Below, one piece after another: positions 50,005 to 59,971 of a DNA stretch of 64,000 nucleotides; positions within the stretch are counted from its first letter, which is position 1; each line of letters opens with the position of its first letter. The position numbers and the translations under genes were made by a program. The notes under the pieces are model-generated. The model saw nothing but the letters and a program-made list of their open reading frames with translations. It ran no database searches and was not told where the DNA came from. The DNA comes from an uncultured Phycisphaerales bacterium (GTDB taxonomy: Bacteria; Planctomycetota; Phycisphaerae; Tepidisphaerales; Tepidisphaeraceae), in the NCBI GenBank assembly GCA_963758525.1, contig CAVWVQ010000003.1:3296001-3360000 (forward strand), read 5' to 3'.

Positions 50005-50237
50005 CGGTCTTGCTTCACCGTAACTTTAAGGATTCGGAGATTGAATTAGAGCCGTTGGACGGCGGCCGTCTTTCCGGTTTTCTGATTTGGGACGGCTTCG
50101 ATGGAGTAGAGCAGATTAAGCGGCAGCGCTCGTTGTGGCGTGTGCTGCGATCGTCGCTCACCACCAAGGAACTTTTGCGGATCGCCGCTATTTTCACGTT
50201 GACTTCGAGTGAGATGGCTAACGCACGCGCAGGCTAG
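49980..50237 (+). CDS. 85-aa protein resembling BolA
   Basis: LIWDGFDGVEQIKRQRSLWRVL resembles BolA S..F.G....RH..VY..L; GGAG RBS; overlaps the HEPN gene by 25 nt. Confidence 0.6.
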   Translation: MEKFFQKLTVLLHRNFKDSEIELEPLDGGRLSGFLIWDGFDGVEQIKRQRSLWRVLRSSLTTKELLRIAAIFTLTSSEMANARAG

Positions 50238-50254
50238 AAGGGCTGATTACCTCA

Positions 50255-51745
50255 ATGGGAAAACCGACCGGCTTTAAAGAGATCACTCGCGAAACGCCCA
50301 AGCGCCGCGCCGTGGAACTGCGCATCCTCGACTGGGAAGAGGTTTACCACCCCTTCCCCGAAGACAAGCTCCGGGCCCAGGGCGCGCGCTGCATGGATTG
50401 CGGAATCCCGTTCTGTCACAACGGCTGCCCGCTCGGCAATATCATCCCCGAGTGGAACGACCTCGTGTACAAGAATCGCTGGCACGACGCGCTGGAGATG
50501 CTGTTCAAGACCAACAACTTTCCCGAATTTACCGGCCGGGTTTGCCCCGCGCCGTGCGAGGAAGCGTGCGTGCTGGGGATCAACGATAAGCCGGTGACGA
50601 TCAAGCTCGTCGAGCAGAACATCATCGATCACGCATTTGAGCAGGGGTGGGTCGGGCCGCATCTGCCGGAGCGGCGCACGGGCAAGAAAGTCGCCGTGAT
50701 CGGCTCCGGGCCCGCCGGCCTTGGAGCCGCGGCGCAGCTCAACAAAGCGGGGCATCTCGTCACCGTCTTCGAGCGCGAAGACCGCGCAGGCGGGCTGCTG
50801 ATGTATGGCATCCCCAACTTCAAGCTCGAAAAGCGGGTCGTCGATCGCCGCATTCGACTCATGGAAGCAGAGGGGATCACGTTCAAGCTCAAAGCCAACG
50901 TGGGAGAGAACATTACCGTCGAGGAACTGCGACGCGAGTTTGATGCGATCATTCTCTGCGGCGGCGCGACGCACGCCCGCGATCTCAAAGTGCCCGGCCG
51001 CGACCTCAGGGGAATCTATCGCGCGATGGATTACCTCCCGATGCAGAACAAGCGCAACCTCGGCGACGAAATCGCAGACGAGCAGTTCATCTCCGCCCGT
51101 GATAAACATGTGATTATCCTCGGAGGCGGCGACACCGGCGCCGACTGTCTCGGCACGGCTCAGCGCCAGGGCGCCAGAAGCATCAAGCAGTTTGAGCTGC
51201 TCCCGCGCCCGCCTGAAGAGCGCACGCACGAGCACATCAAGGACGGCCGGCTGCTGCCGTGGCCCTATTGGCCGATGGTATTCCGGTCCAGTTCCGCCCA
51301 TGAGGAAGCAACTCAGCTCTTCGGCGGCGAAATCCGCGACTTCTCGATCAACACCAAATCCTTCTCCGGCAAGGACGGCGTCGTGACCGCTCTCCAGGGG
51401 ATTCGGCTCGAGTGGGGCAAAGATGCCGGCGGCCGCTATCAGATGAAGGAAGTCCCCGGCTCCGAATTTGAGCTGCCGTGCGACCTTTGTCTCCTGGCGA
51501 TGGGTTTCCTCCATCCCGAGCATGAAGGCCCGGTGCAGCAGCTTGGCCTGAAGCTCGACAACCGCGGCAACGTCCAGGTCGGTCAAAACTACATGACCAG
51601 CGTGCCGGGCGTCTTCGCCGCCGGCGACATGCGCCGCGGGCAAAGTCTGGTGGTCTGGGCCATCAGCGAGGGAAGACAGGCGGCCCGCGGCGTCGATGAG
51701 TTTCTTATGGGACGCTCCGAACTTCCCGAGTTGAAACTCTTCTGA
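50255..51745 (+). CDS. gltD: Glutamate synthase small subunit
   Basis: MGKPTGF, RCMDCGIPFC..GCP, GRVCPAPCE, GSGPAG, GGGDTGADC, GQSLVVWAI. Confidence 0.98.
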   Translation: MGKPTGFKEITRETPKRRAVELRILDWEEVYHPFPEDKLRAQGARCMDCGIPFCHNGCPLGNIIPEWNDLVYKNRWHDALEMLFKTNNFPEFTGRVCPAPCEEACVLGINDKPVTIKLVEQNIIDHAFEQGWVGPHLPERRTGKKVAVIGSGPAGLGAAAQLNKAGHLVTVFEREDRAGGLLMYGIPNFKLEKRVVDRRIRLMEAEGITFKLKANVGENITVEELRREFDAIILCGGATHARDLKVPGRDLRGIYRAMDYLPMQNKRNLGDEIADEQFISARDKHVIILGGGDTGADCLGTAQRQGARSIKQFELLPRPPEERTHEHIKDGRLLPWPYWPMVFRSSSAHEEATQLFGGEIRDFSINTKSFSGKDGVVTALQGIRLEWGKDAGGRYQMKEVPGSEFELPCDLCLLAMGFLHPEHEGPVQQLGLKLDNRGNVQVGQNYMTSVPGVFAAGDMRRGQSLVVWAISEGRQAARGVDEFLMGRSELPELKLF

Positions 51746-51927
51746 TCAGCGCTCCTGATATTCGCAACATCACGCACGACTGAGCGCGCTGCCGGTCCTG
51801 GCCGATACAGCCACTAGCGGCGACATGATTGTTGCGCCGCCGAGAGCATCACGTCCTCGCGTCTTTTTGAGCTCAGGACAGACGCTTCCGCGGTGAACAA
51901 TGGCGCTTGCGGTTCCGGGCAGGGCTC

Positions 51928-52692
51928 ATGGGCAGTCCCGAGTTTCAACTCCTCAGCGACGCGATCGCGCGAAATTCCGCGGTCGTGCTCTCCTTGCCGT
52001 CCGCCGGCATGCTGCGTCACTATAAATCGCGCTTCGTCGGGGAAACTCCCGAAGGGATGTGGGTCGAAGCCGCCTCAGGAGAGAAGCCTCTCATTCAGGA
52101 ACTGCTGGTGACCGGCCAGCCGGTCGGAGTCGCCTTCCGCGCAGGGCCCAACAAAGTGCTCTTCGCCGCTCCCGTCATTCGTTTCGAGCCTGCTCTGCGC
52201 GTGAACGCGCAAACCGAGTGCGAAGCAGTTCTCCTGGCAACTCCGACGGAAGTGAAGTCAATCCAGCGGCGCAGCAACTACCGGGTCGGCATCAGCGCCG
52301 AATCGGAAATCACCGCCCGTATCTGGAAAATTCCCGAGCACGCCTATCTGAACGACCGGCCAACCGCGCTGGCGGAACTCAAGGTCGAACTGCGCGATAT
52401 CAGCCTCGGCGGCCTCGGCGTGATCATCCGCGCCAGAGACGGCGGCGATCCCAGAATCATCCCCGGCCAGCGCGTTCGAATCGAACTGAAATTTTCGGAA
52501 GTCACGCTTCTGCTGGACGGACGCGTTCGCCAGCCGACTGTGAAAGACGTCGCCGACGGCCTCCGAACCGGCGTCGCGTTCAAGGCGCTCGATAATCAAA
52601 TCGAGGGCCGCCAGAAACTCGCGCAGCTGGCCCGGATTGTGGGCGACCTGCAACGCGACGAAGTCAAACGCCTGCGCAGAACAGCCGGATGA
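51928..52692 (+). CDS. PilZ-domain (YcgR-like) c-di-GMP receptor
   Basis: QRRSNYR (RxxxR) and DISLGG (DxSxxG). Confidence 0.85.
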   Translation: MGSPEFQLLSDAIARNSAVVLSLPSAGMLRHYKSRFVGETPEGMWVEAASGEKPLIQELLVTGQPVGVAFRAGPNKVLFAAPVIRFEPALRVNAQTECEAVLLATPTEVKSIQRRSNYRVGISAESEITARIWKIPEHAYLNDRPTALAELKVELRDISLGGLGVIIRARDGGDPRIIPGQRVRIELKFSEVTLLLDGRVRQPTVKDVADGLRTGVAFKALDNQIEGRQKLAQLARIVGDLQRDEVKRLRRTAG

Positions 52693-52761
52693 ACGACCGT
52701 CGAGGCCGTGATCTCCAGGCTCCTGTGCGAGCCAAAGAGGACCGGCGGCAGACGAACTTCG

Positions 52762-52828
52762 TTCGGTCATTCGGCATTCGGGCTTCGGATTTGATTCTGG
52801 TTTCTGGTTTCGGAATTCTGGTTTCCGC
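52762..52828. repeat. Degenerate heptamer tandem repeat between convergent genes
   Basis: TTCGGCA TTCGGGC TTCGGAT ... TTCTGGT TTCTGGT TTCGGAA TTCTGGT. Confidence 0.7.
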
Positions 52829-52836
52829 CATAGGCG

Positions 52837-53297
52837 TCACAGCGCGTTTTCCTGCTGCACGATTGCGTCGAAAAGCTGCTGCGGAGTGGTGGCTGCCGCG
52901 AGGGCGATGCGAAACTTATCGATGGTCATCAGCCGGCTGATGCGCGCAGCGCGTGAATGTGCGGACCAGTCTTGTCCGGCGGCGACGTGAGCAGCCAGAT
53001 CAGCGTGACGGGCCGGCCGTCAATCGACTGAAAATCAATGGGAGTGGTAGGCCGTCCGATCGCCATGGCAAGCTGCGAAGTGCCGTTGCACTTGCCGTGC
53101 GGAATGGCTAGGCCGTTCCCGATGCCAGTGGTCCGGGTGGCCTCGCGATCGAGAACCGAGTCGAGTACCGCCTTGGGGTCTTTCACATCGCCGTTGGCCG
53201 CCAGCAGATCCACCAACTCACCGATCGCCTCGGCCTTGGTCGTGGCCTGCAGCGACAGTTTGATGTTCTGGGGCTTGAGGATTTCACTCATTCGCAT
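52837..53297 (-). CDS. PTS IIA (PtsN/fructose-type) protein, frameshift near 52945
   Basis: REATRTTGIGNGLAIPH, IDFQSIDGRPV; shifted frame ISRLMTIDKFR...ENAL*. Confidence 0.88.
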
Positions 53298-53422
53298 ACG
53301 TCAATCACTCCGGCTCGCGACAACGCTCGATTGGTTCAAATCGAAGGGAAAATCGTACCCGTCTGCGACAGATTTGCAAACCCCAGAGCAGTTGCGGTCC
53401 AGCTTGCTCAGCCGCGCCGCGG

Positions 53423-54604
53423 TCATGTTGCGATTCGGTCGCCCAAACGGCGCGTCTCGACCGATGCGGATGCTCGAAAAAAAACCGGGCTCTGCCGGTT
53501 TAGATACTCTCGAAGCTCATCAGGGGCCAGTCCCAGCGCGAACGTGGGTTCGAACTCGTCGGATAGCAGGGCGGCAGACGGCGCATTCGGCGCGCCGACG
53601 CGCATCGGCGACCGCACCACCCAGGCGCGGTCGGCCAGATGTTGCCGCAGAAAACTGGCGTGGATTGTCGGGCCGCCTTCGACAAGCAGGTGCGTCACCC
53701 CCAACTCGTGAGCGAGCCGATTCAGCACCTCGGGCAGAGCGACGCGGCCGCGTTCCTCGCCGGCGGTCTCGTGGACCTCAACTCCGCATGCTCGCAACGC
53801 CGCCGCGCGGTGCTCGCGGCTCGCATCGAATGCTGCATCAACGCAGAAAAGATGCGTGGAATGCTCGCGGGAGGTGCGTGCCAGCCGGGAAGCGGGGGAG
53901 AGCCTCGCGGTTGAATCCAAAACGACGCGCAGCAGAGTGCGATGCGGATCAACGCCGCGCGTGGTGAGCACCGGGTCATCGGTCACCGCGGTCCCGACAC
54001 CGATGAGAATTGCATCGAACTGCGCCCGCAGCAGATGCGCCGCTCGCCGCGCGCGCTCCCCGCTGATTTGCAAGCGCTGTCCACCAGGACCGGCAACTTT
54101 GCCGTCGGCCGACTGCGCCCACTTCAATGTCACGTATGGTCGCCGTAGTGTCTGGCCTGCGAAGAAGGCGGTATTGAGCTGTTTCGATTCCGCCTCGCGC
54201 ACCGGGATCGTGACCGCAATTCCAGCCGCCCGAAGTTGCGTCACACCCATCCCCAAAACCGCGGGATTCGGGTCGGCACAGCCCACCACAACCCGCCTAA
54301 TGCGCGCCGCGATCAATTGCGGAACGCATGGGGGCGTCTTTTTGTTCGTATGACAGCACGGCTCAAGATTGACATAGAGCGTCGCTCCCTCCGGCGACTC
54401 GTGGCAGTTCGCCAGCGCGGTCGGCTCGGCATGGGGTCCGCCAAAACGCTCGTGAAACCCCTGTCCGATCACCCGTCCGTTCTTCACGATGACGCAACCC
54501 ACCATCGGATTGGGCTCGACGGCGCCGCGGCCGCGCTCCGCCAGGTCAATCGCCTGATCGAGGTATCGCTCGTCTTCGGAAGGTGATGAGCACTGGGTAG
54601 ACAT
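53423..54604 (-). CDS. ribD: Bifunctional riboflavin deaminase/reductase
   Basis: PNPMVGCVIV, HAE, LEPCCH..TPPC, KWAQSADG, VEGGP. Confidence 0.96.
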   Translation of the reverse strand: MSTQCSSPSEDERYLDQAIDLAERGRGAVEPNPMVGCVIVKNGRVIGQGFHERFGGPHAEPTALANCHESPEGATLYVNLEPCCHTNKKTPPCVPQLIAARIRRVVVGCADPNPAVLGMGVTQLRAAGIAVTIPVREAESKQLNTAFFAGQTLRRPYVTLKWAQSADGKVAGPGGQRLQISGERARRAAHLLRAQFDAILIGVGTAVTDDPVLTTRGVDPHRTLLRVVLDSTARLSPASRLARTSREHSTHLFCVDAAFDASREHRAAALRACGVEVHETAGEERGRVALPEVLNRLAHELGVTHLLVEGGPTIHASFLRQHLADRAWVVRSPMRVGAPNAPSAALLSDEFEPTFALGLAPDELREYLNRQSPVFFRASASVETRRLGDRIAT

Positions 54605-54754
54605 AACGACCGGCCCATACCGATCTTTCCCCACGCTCCCTGAAAGCCAACGGATTGCATCCGTGGGTCGACGGCTCGACGAATTTCAAAAGGCCGTCAT
54701 CGCAGGGGTAAGATTGTAGCTATTCCTCGCCCGGCCGGCCGTCGTGAAAACGCC

Positions 54755-55309
54755 TCAGCGTTGCGCGCCGGCATTCTCCGCCGATTCGGCGGGTCTCGTC
54801 GGCTGATGAAAAAAGCTGTAGATGATCATGAATCCGACGCCAACGCACAGCAGCGAGTCGGCGACGTTGAAGACCCAGGGAAACGGCTCATGGCCCAGGA
54901 TCCGGCGATGCGGAAACACGTAGATCATGTCGCGAACGTATCCGAAGACGGCCCGGTCGTAGAGATTTCCCAGTACGCCCGCCAGCAGCAACCCCAGCAT
55001 GATCTGGTAGACCCACTGGTTGGCATTGCTGCTGCGGAACAAGTAAATGATAAATGCCACAGCGGCGATTGACACGACGACAAACAGCGCTCGCTGGCCC
55101 TGTCCGATGCCGAAGACGGCGCCGTGGTTTTCCACGGCCATGAAATCCAGCCAGCCGGAAATGAAGGGATATCCGGTCGGCCAATCCACCAGTTTTTGGA
55201 ATGCGAAAATCTTCGTGAACTGGTCGAGCGCCAGCCCAAGTGCCAGCGGGATCACAAGCCGGAGCACCGCGGCTATGGACTTGTGCGCTGTGGGGACAGA
55301 GGGCGGCAT
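54755..55309 (-). CDS. lspA: Lipoprotein signal peptidase II
   Basis: DQFTK, NHGAVFG, GNLYDR, VRD, FNVAD; TAATG overlap with dksA. Confidence 0.95.
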   Translation of the reverse strand: MPPSVPTAHKSIAAVLRLVIPLALGLALDQFTKIFAFQKLVDWPTGYPFISGWLDFMAVENHGAVFGIGQGQRALFVVVSIAAVAFIIYLFRSSNANQWVYQIMLGLLLAGVLGNLYDRAVFGYVRDMIYVFPHRRILGHEPFPWVFNVADSLLCVGVGFMIIYSFFHQPTRPAESAENAGAQR

Positions 55310-56169
55310 TACATGCGTCCGCGTCGTTCCAACTGCCTTGCCCATTCGATCGAAAACCGAGCCCATGGCGCCGCTTCCAGACGAGGCCTGCCGATCGGCT
55401 TGCCGGTCCCTTCGCAGATACCGTAGGTGCCGTTCATGATCTTGGCGAGCGCGGAGTTGATTTCCTTCAGGAAATTGCGGTCCTTTTCGACCAACCCGAG
55501 CGTGAACTCCTGCTCGTAGTTGTCCGTGCCCATGTCAGCCATATGAATTGGCAGGGTCGAGAGGTTGGTTCCACCGCTGGTGCGCAGCGCTTCCCGCTCC
55601 ATCGCGCTCATGTCGCCGACGAGTTCGCGGCGTTTGGCAAAGAGCAGGTCCCGAAAATGCTCGAGGTCCTTGGTGCTAAAACCCACCTGGTTCTTGCGAG
55701 GCTTCCCGTCGGTCGGAACCGCATCGGGAATCCGAACGGGCATCGGGGCGGGTTCGGCCGGACGACGAACTTTTGCTTCGGGAGTCGGCCGAGGCGCCGC
55801 AACCACAGGGCGCGCGAGTGGCGCGGCAGGGCGTGCCGCCGCAGCAACTGGGCGCGACGCCGGAGTTGCGGGGCGTGCCGTCGGAGCGGAACGAACGGCG
55901 GGCGCTGATCGAGCCGCCGGGCCCGAACGCCCCTTGGAATTGGAAGCCTGGCGCGCCGCCGGAGTTGGGCGCGAGGCAGCAGCCGGGCGCGGCGCGGGAG
56001 TCTTCGGACGGGCCGGAACCGCCGTCTTGCGTGGAAGTGGCTTGCCCTTCGCGGCAGGCCGCGCCCCCGCGCGTCGCGGCGAGCGCGCCTTAGCCGGCGC
56101 CTTCTTCTTCGAGCTGACCTTGCCGTTTTTTCCAGACGTGGAGGGTTTCTTTAAGGATGCTTTTGCCAC
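55309..56169 (-). CDS. dksA: DksA/TraR family protein with long basic low-complexity N-terminus and degenerate zinc finger
   Basis: HMADMGTD, EINSALAKI..GTYGICEGTGKPI..RLEAAPWARFS. Confidence 0.88.
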   Translation of the reverse strand: MAKASLKKPSTSGKNGKVSSKKKAPAKARSPRRAGARPAAKGKPLPRKTAVPARPKTPAPRPAAASRPTPAARQASNSKGRSGPAARSAPAVRSAPTARPATPASRPVAAAARPAAPLARPVVAAPRPTPEAKVRRPAEPAPMPVRIPDAVPTDGKPRKNQVGFSTKDLEHFRDLLFAKRRELVGDMSAMEREALRTSGGTNLSTLPIHMADMGTDNYEQEFTLGLVEKDRNFLKEINSALAKIMNGTYGICEGTGKPIGRPRLEAAPWARFSIEWARQLERRGRM

Positions 56170-56256
56170 AATAGCCCCTCGCTCCTTTCAGCAAAATTCA
56201 TTGCCGGAAGTTGTCCCGGACCAGCCGCCGCCGCCTGGCGACCGAAAAGAGGGCGA

Positions 56257-56325
56257 ATGTTAATGCAGACCAGCACTTACCGTCAAGAGCCGTTCGTTTG
56301 ACAGCCGACCCCTGCGGCATACATT
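56257..56325. promoter_or_regulatory. Back-to-back promoters for dksA (-) and pheT (+)
   Basis: Minus: TTGACG-N18-TAACAT (56286-56257); plus: TTGACA-N16-TACATT (56298-56325). Confidence 0.55.
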
Positions 56326-56394
56326 TGTCACCTCGCCGCCAACCGTCGAACCGGTCGCGGGCGAGGTGTTGGGGGCGACGAGGCGGATCAGGAC

Positions 56395-58429
56395 ATGCGA
56401 ATCAGCCTGGAGTGGCTTGCGGAATATCTGCCGGGATCTCTCGATCCCCAGCAGGCGGCGGACGCGCTCACGAACGGCGGTCTGCCTGTCGAAACCATCG
56501 AATCCCGTGGGGATGACATGGTTCTGGATGTCGAAGTCACCAGCAACCGAGCCGACTGCCTTTCTTATGTCGGCATCGCGCGAGAGTTATCGGCCCTGCT
56601 GAATCGCCCGGTCCGTTTGGTCGAATCGACCCCCGCCGAGTCTTCCGCTGCTGCGAAGGATTCCGTGTCGGTCGCGATCGAAGCAACTGACCTGTGCCCG
56701 CATTACGTCGCCCGCGTCATTCACAACGTCAACATCGCCGACAGTCCCGGCTGGCTGACGCGCCGGCTCGAAATGATGGGATCGGACAAAAAGCCGGTTC
56801 GGGGCATCAACAATGTCGTCGACGTCACGAATTACGTGATGTATGAAACCGGCCAGCCGTTGCACGCGTTCGACCTCGACCGACTCGATGGAGGGCGAAT
56901 CATCGTTCGCCGCGCCAAGCCCGGCGAAAAGCTGGTCACGATCGACGGCAAGGAACGCCTGCTGACGCCGGAGATGCTGGTCATCGCCGATGCAAGCAAG
57001 CCGGTCGCGCTGGCCGGCGTCATGGGCGGCCGCGATACGGAGGTCACCGCCGGCACGAAAAACATCCTCCTTGAATCCGCGCGGTTTGATCCATTATCCA
57101 TTCGCCGGACCGCCCGTGCGCTGGCAATGGGGAGCGACAGCTCCTATCGCTTCGAGCGCGGCATCGAGCCGGCGCTGCCCGAACGCGCGAGCCTTCGGGC
57201 GGCCGCGCTGTTCCTGCAAACCGCCGGCGGCGAGCTGCTCCGCGGTTCGGTCGATGCCGGCAGGATGATTGCGCAGCCGCGCAGTCTGTCGCTGCGCCTC
57301 GATCAGTTGAAGCGCCTGCTGGGCGTGGAATTTCCCATCGATCGGGTGATGGATGCGTTGACGCGCGTCCGGCTCAGCCCGGTCTTGCGCGGCCGTCAGA
57401 TTGATGTAAGCATTCCGAGCGACCGTCTGGATCTGAATATCGAGGTCGACCTGATCGAGGAGGTCGCCCGCGTAATCGGCTACGACCACGTTCCGGTGCG
57501 CGAGGAAATCTCCATTCGCCTGACCCCGCCCGATCCCGCGGCGCAGCCGCTTGCCGCCGTCTTCTCCGCTCTCTCTGCCGGCGGATATTTCGAAGCCGTC
57601 ACCTTCAGCTTCGTCAGCGATCTGCTGGCCGGCGACTTCGCCCCGAAAACCGGCGCGCATCCGACAGATCCGCTTCCGCGCCGACTCCAGCGTACGCAAG
57701 GCGGACGCTTTTTTGCGTCCGAGCCTGCTGCCGGGGCTGCTCGAAGCCGCGCGGCGCAATCAGGCCAACGGCCTGGATAACCCGCAGCTTTACGAGCTCG
57801 GCTCGGTCTTCTGGAACGCGCCCGATGGATCGGTGCAGGAACGGCGGCGCCTGGGGATCGTGGGAACCCCCGATCTGCGGGAAGTGCGCGGCGTCGTCGA
57901 GGCAATCCTCCGGAAGCTGGACGCCAGCCGATCCGTCAGCGTGATCCCCGACGCCCCCGCCGGTTACGCTTCCGCGGCCGCTGGAAGGATCGAGTGGGGC
58001 GGCAGTCCCATCGGTTTCATTGGCAACATCGATCGCCGAATCGGCGAGAAACTCTCGCTCCGGGAAGCTCCCGCAGCGGCCGAGCTGGATCTAACCGCTC
58101 TGCTGGCTGGCGCCGTTCGCGTCCCGCAATTGCGCGAGCCGCCGCGATTTCCCTCCGTTCGGCGGGATCTGTCGCTGGATCTCCCCGAGGCAACTCTCTA
58201 CGAGCAAATCGCGACGATGATCCGCTCCATCGATCCGCAATGGCTGGAAGCCGTCGAATACGTAACGACCTACCGCGGTAAGCAATTGGACGCATCGCGG
58301 AAAAGTGTGACGATCACGCTGGTTTTCCGTTCGCCGAACGAAACGCTCACCAGCGAGCAGGTTGAAGCGTCGGTGCAGCGCGTGATCGGGGCGGCGAAGA
58401 ACCAACTCGCCGCGCAGGTGAGAAGTTAA
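56395..58429 (+). CDS. pheT: Phenylalanine--tRNA ligase beta subunit (no B2/OB domain), frameshift near 57680
   Basis: MRISLEWL, TSNRADCLS, GQPLHAFD, SYRFERG, DLIEEVAR..GY; shifted frame LRPSLLPGL, FPSVRRDLS. Confidence 0.95.
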
Positions 58430-58448
58430 TGATCTGCACTCGGCACGA

Positions 58449-59127
58449 TCATCGCGCGTCGCTGTTGCTACTCGCTTGCGCCTTCGCCTTCTTGTGAAAC
58501 GGGAAGTTGTCATAAGGAACGACAAAATCCAATTGCTGCGGCGGAAGCTTTTCCTTGAGGGGATTCTGCTCGACGTAATCAATGCGATCCCAGACTTCGT
58601 TCGTCTCGTACAGAAACACCTTGTACGGACGGGACGATATCACCGGGTGCCGCGGGGCAATCTCGCTGGGGAGGCGAAGGCGCAAGCGACTTCGGATGGC
58701 TTCCGCGAAATGGGTCCATATCGTCAGCGCATCGTGCTTGTGCGTTCGGATCAGCAGGTGAATGTGATTCCCGCAGATCGCGCATGCGTAGCACGTGTTA
58801 ACCGTTCGCTTTGATCACGTCGTTGATCGCTCCTGCGATGATTGTGCGTTTCGCATCGTCGATCCAGAAAACCGGAAAATTCAGCAACTCCTCATGCTGT
58901 GCGTGAAATTCCTTTAACTCCCTGCGCGATGGTTGTTCGTCCCGCGGTTTGCGCCCATGAAGAATTGGTCCAAGCGGCGCAAACTTCAAATCCAGGAAAT
59001 CGCTCGATCCCGATCCGCGCGGATCGTTCACCGCCCAGTGACCGTACAGCGTCAGCACCAGATGCGCCGCGATGACCCTTCGGGGACCCGCTTGCCTTTT
59101 CGCTTGCGCCTTCGCCTCGCTTCTCAT
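58449..59127 (-). CDS. Y1 HUH transposase of RAYT/IS200 type, frameshift near 58798
   Basis: HLVLTLYGHW..DPRG; removing one base gives CYACAICGNHIHLLI (HUH) and IDYVEQNP (catalytic Tyr); GGAGG RBS. Confidence 0.82.
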
Positions 59128-59206
59128 GGAACCTCCACGATCCTCAAACGCTCAGTCCCACGATCGTACACATCTCCCGTCACGTTCCAATTACCCATCA
59201 CCAGCG

Positions 59207-59947
59207 TCACATCCTCACAAACCGCGATTTGATCTGCTGCCGGCCGTATTTCCGAGTGATGTCAACCGTCCCCTCATGCTGCACGGCCCCGTGCGTGGCG
59301 AGCCAGGTTTGACCTCGCTCGAAAAACTCATCGAACGCCGCCGGCGACATTTCTTTGGCGAAATACGTGTCGCGCCGTACGGGTATCACGCGACACAGCG
59401 GCGCCCCTTTTTTGATCTCGACGCGCCTGGCGGATTCGTCGAGTTCGATGACTGTGTGCCAGGGGTAGCTGGCCGGGTACCAGTCGGTATCCACCAGCGC
59501 CGTCATGGCCCGCCATGGGCGCGGAAGATTGGGCACGTCGGTCATGTAAAGCAGCTCATTGGGATCGGTCCGCAAAAAAAGGAAGCTGCTGATCTTCACC
59601 TGATTGCGGATTTGCTCGTACACGTTGTCAGAAATGACGTGCGGCAGCTTCTGTCCTTTCTCCCAAAACCACGCGTATTGCTGCCGAAGCGGAATGCCCG
59701 CCGACGACTCGCTGCCGGCGTAGCTGAAATCGCTCTCGATCACGACATCCGGATCGATCTTCCACCCGGCTCGCGATCGCACGAACGTGACGTCAAAATT
59801 CGCCAGCAGATCGAATCCGAACGCGTTGGCCGCACGGATCGGGGGGCACTCCTCGGGCCAACCTTTTCCCGGCCCTCGCTTCAGATACACTTCCTTGCCC
59901 GGCTCCGGCGCCAACAGATCCTGGCGGAATTTGAAATAGTTGAGCAT
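59207..59947 (-). CDS. DUF6065-like protein
   Basis: CPPIRAANAFGFDL, VDTDWY, KKGAPLCRVIP. Confidence 0.65.
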   Translation of the reverse strand: MLNYFKFRQDLLAPEPGKEVYLKRGPGKGWPEECPPIRAANAFGFDLLANFDVTFVRSRAGWKIDPDVVIESDFSYAGSESSAGIPLRQQYAWFWEKGQKLPHVISDNVYEQIRNQVKISSFLFLRTDPNELLYMTDVPNLPRPWRAMTALVDTDWYPASYPWHTVIELDESARRVEIKKGAPLCRVIPVRRDTYFAKEMSPAAFDEFFERGQTWLATHGAVQHEGTVDITRKYGRQQIKSRFVRM

Positions 59948-59971
59948 GTGTGGGGGAAATGTAATCGCGGA

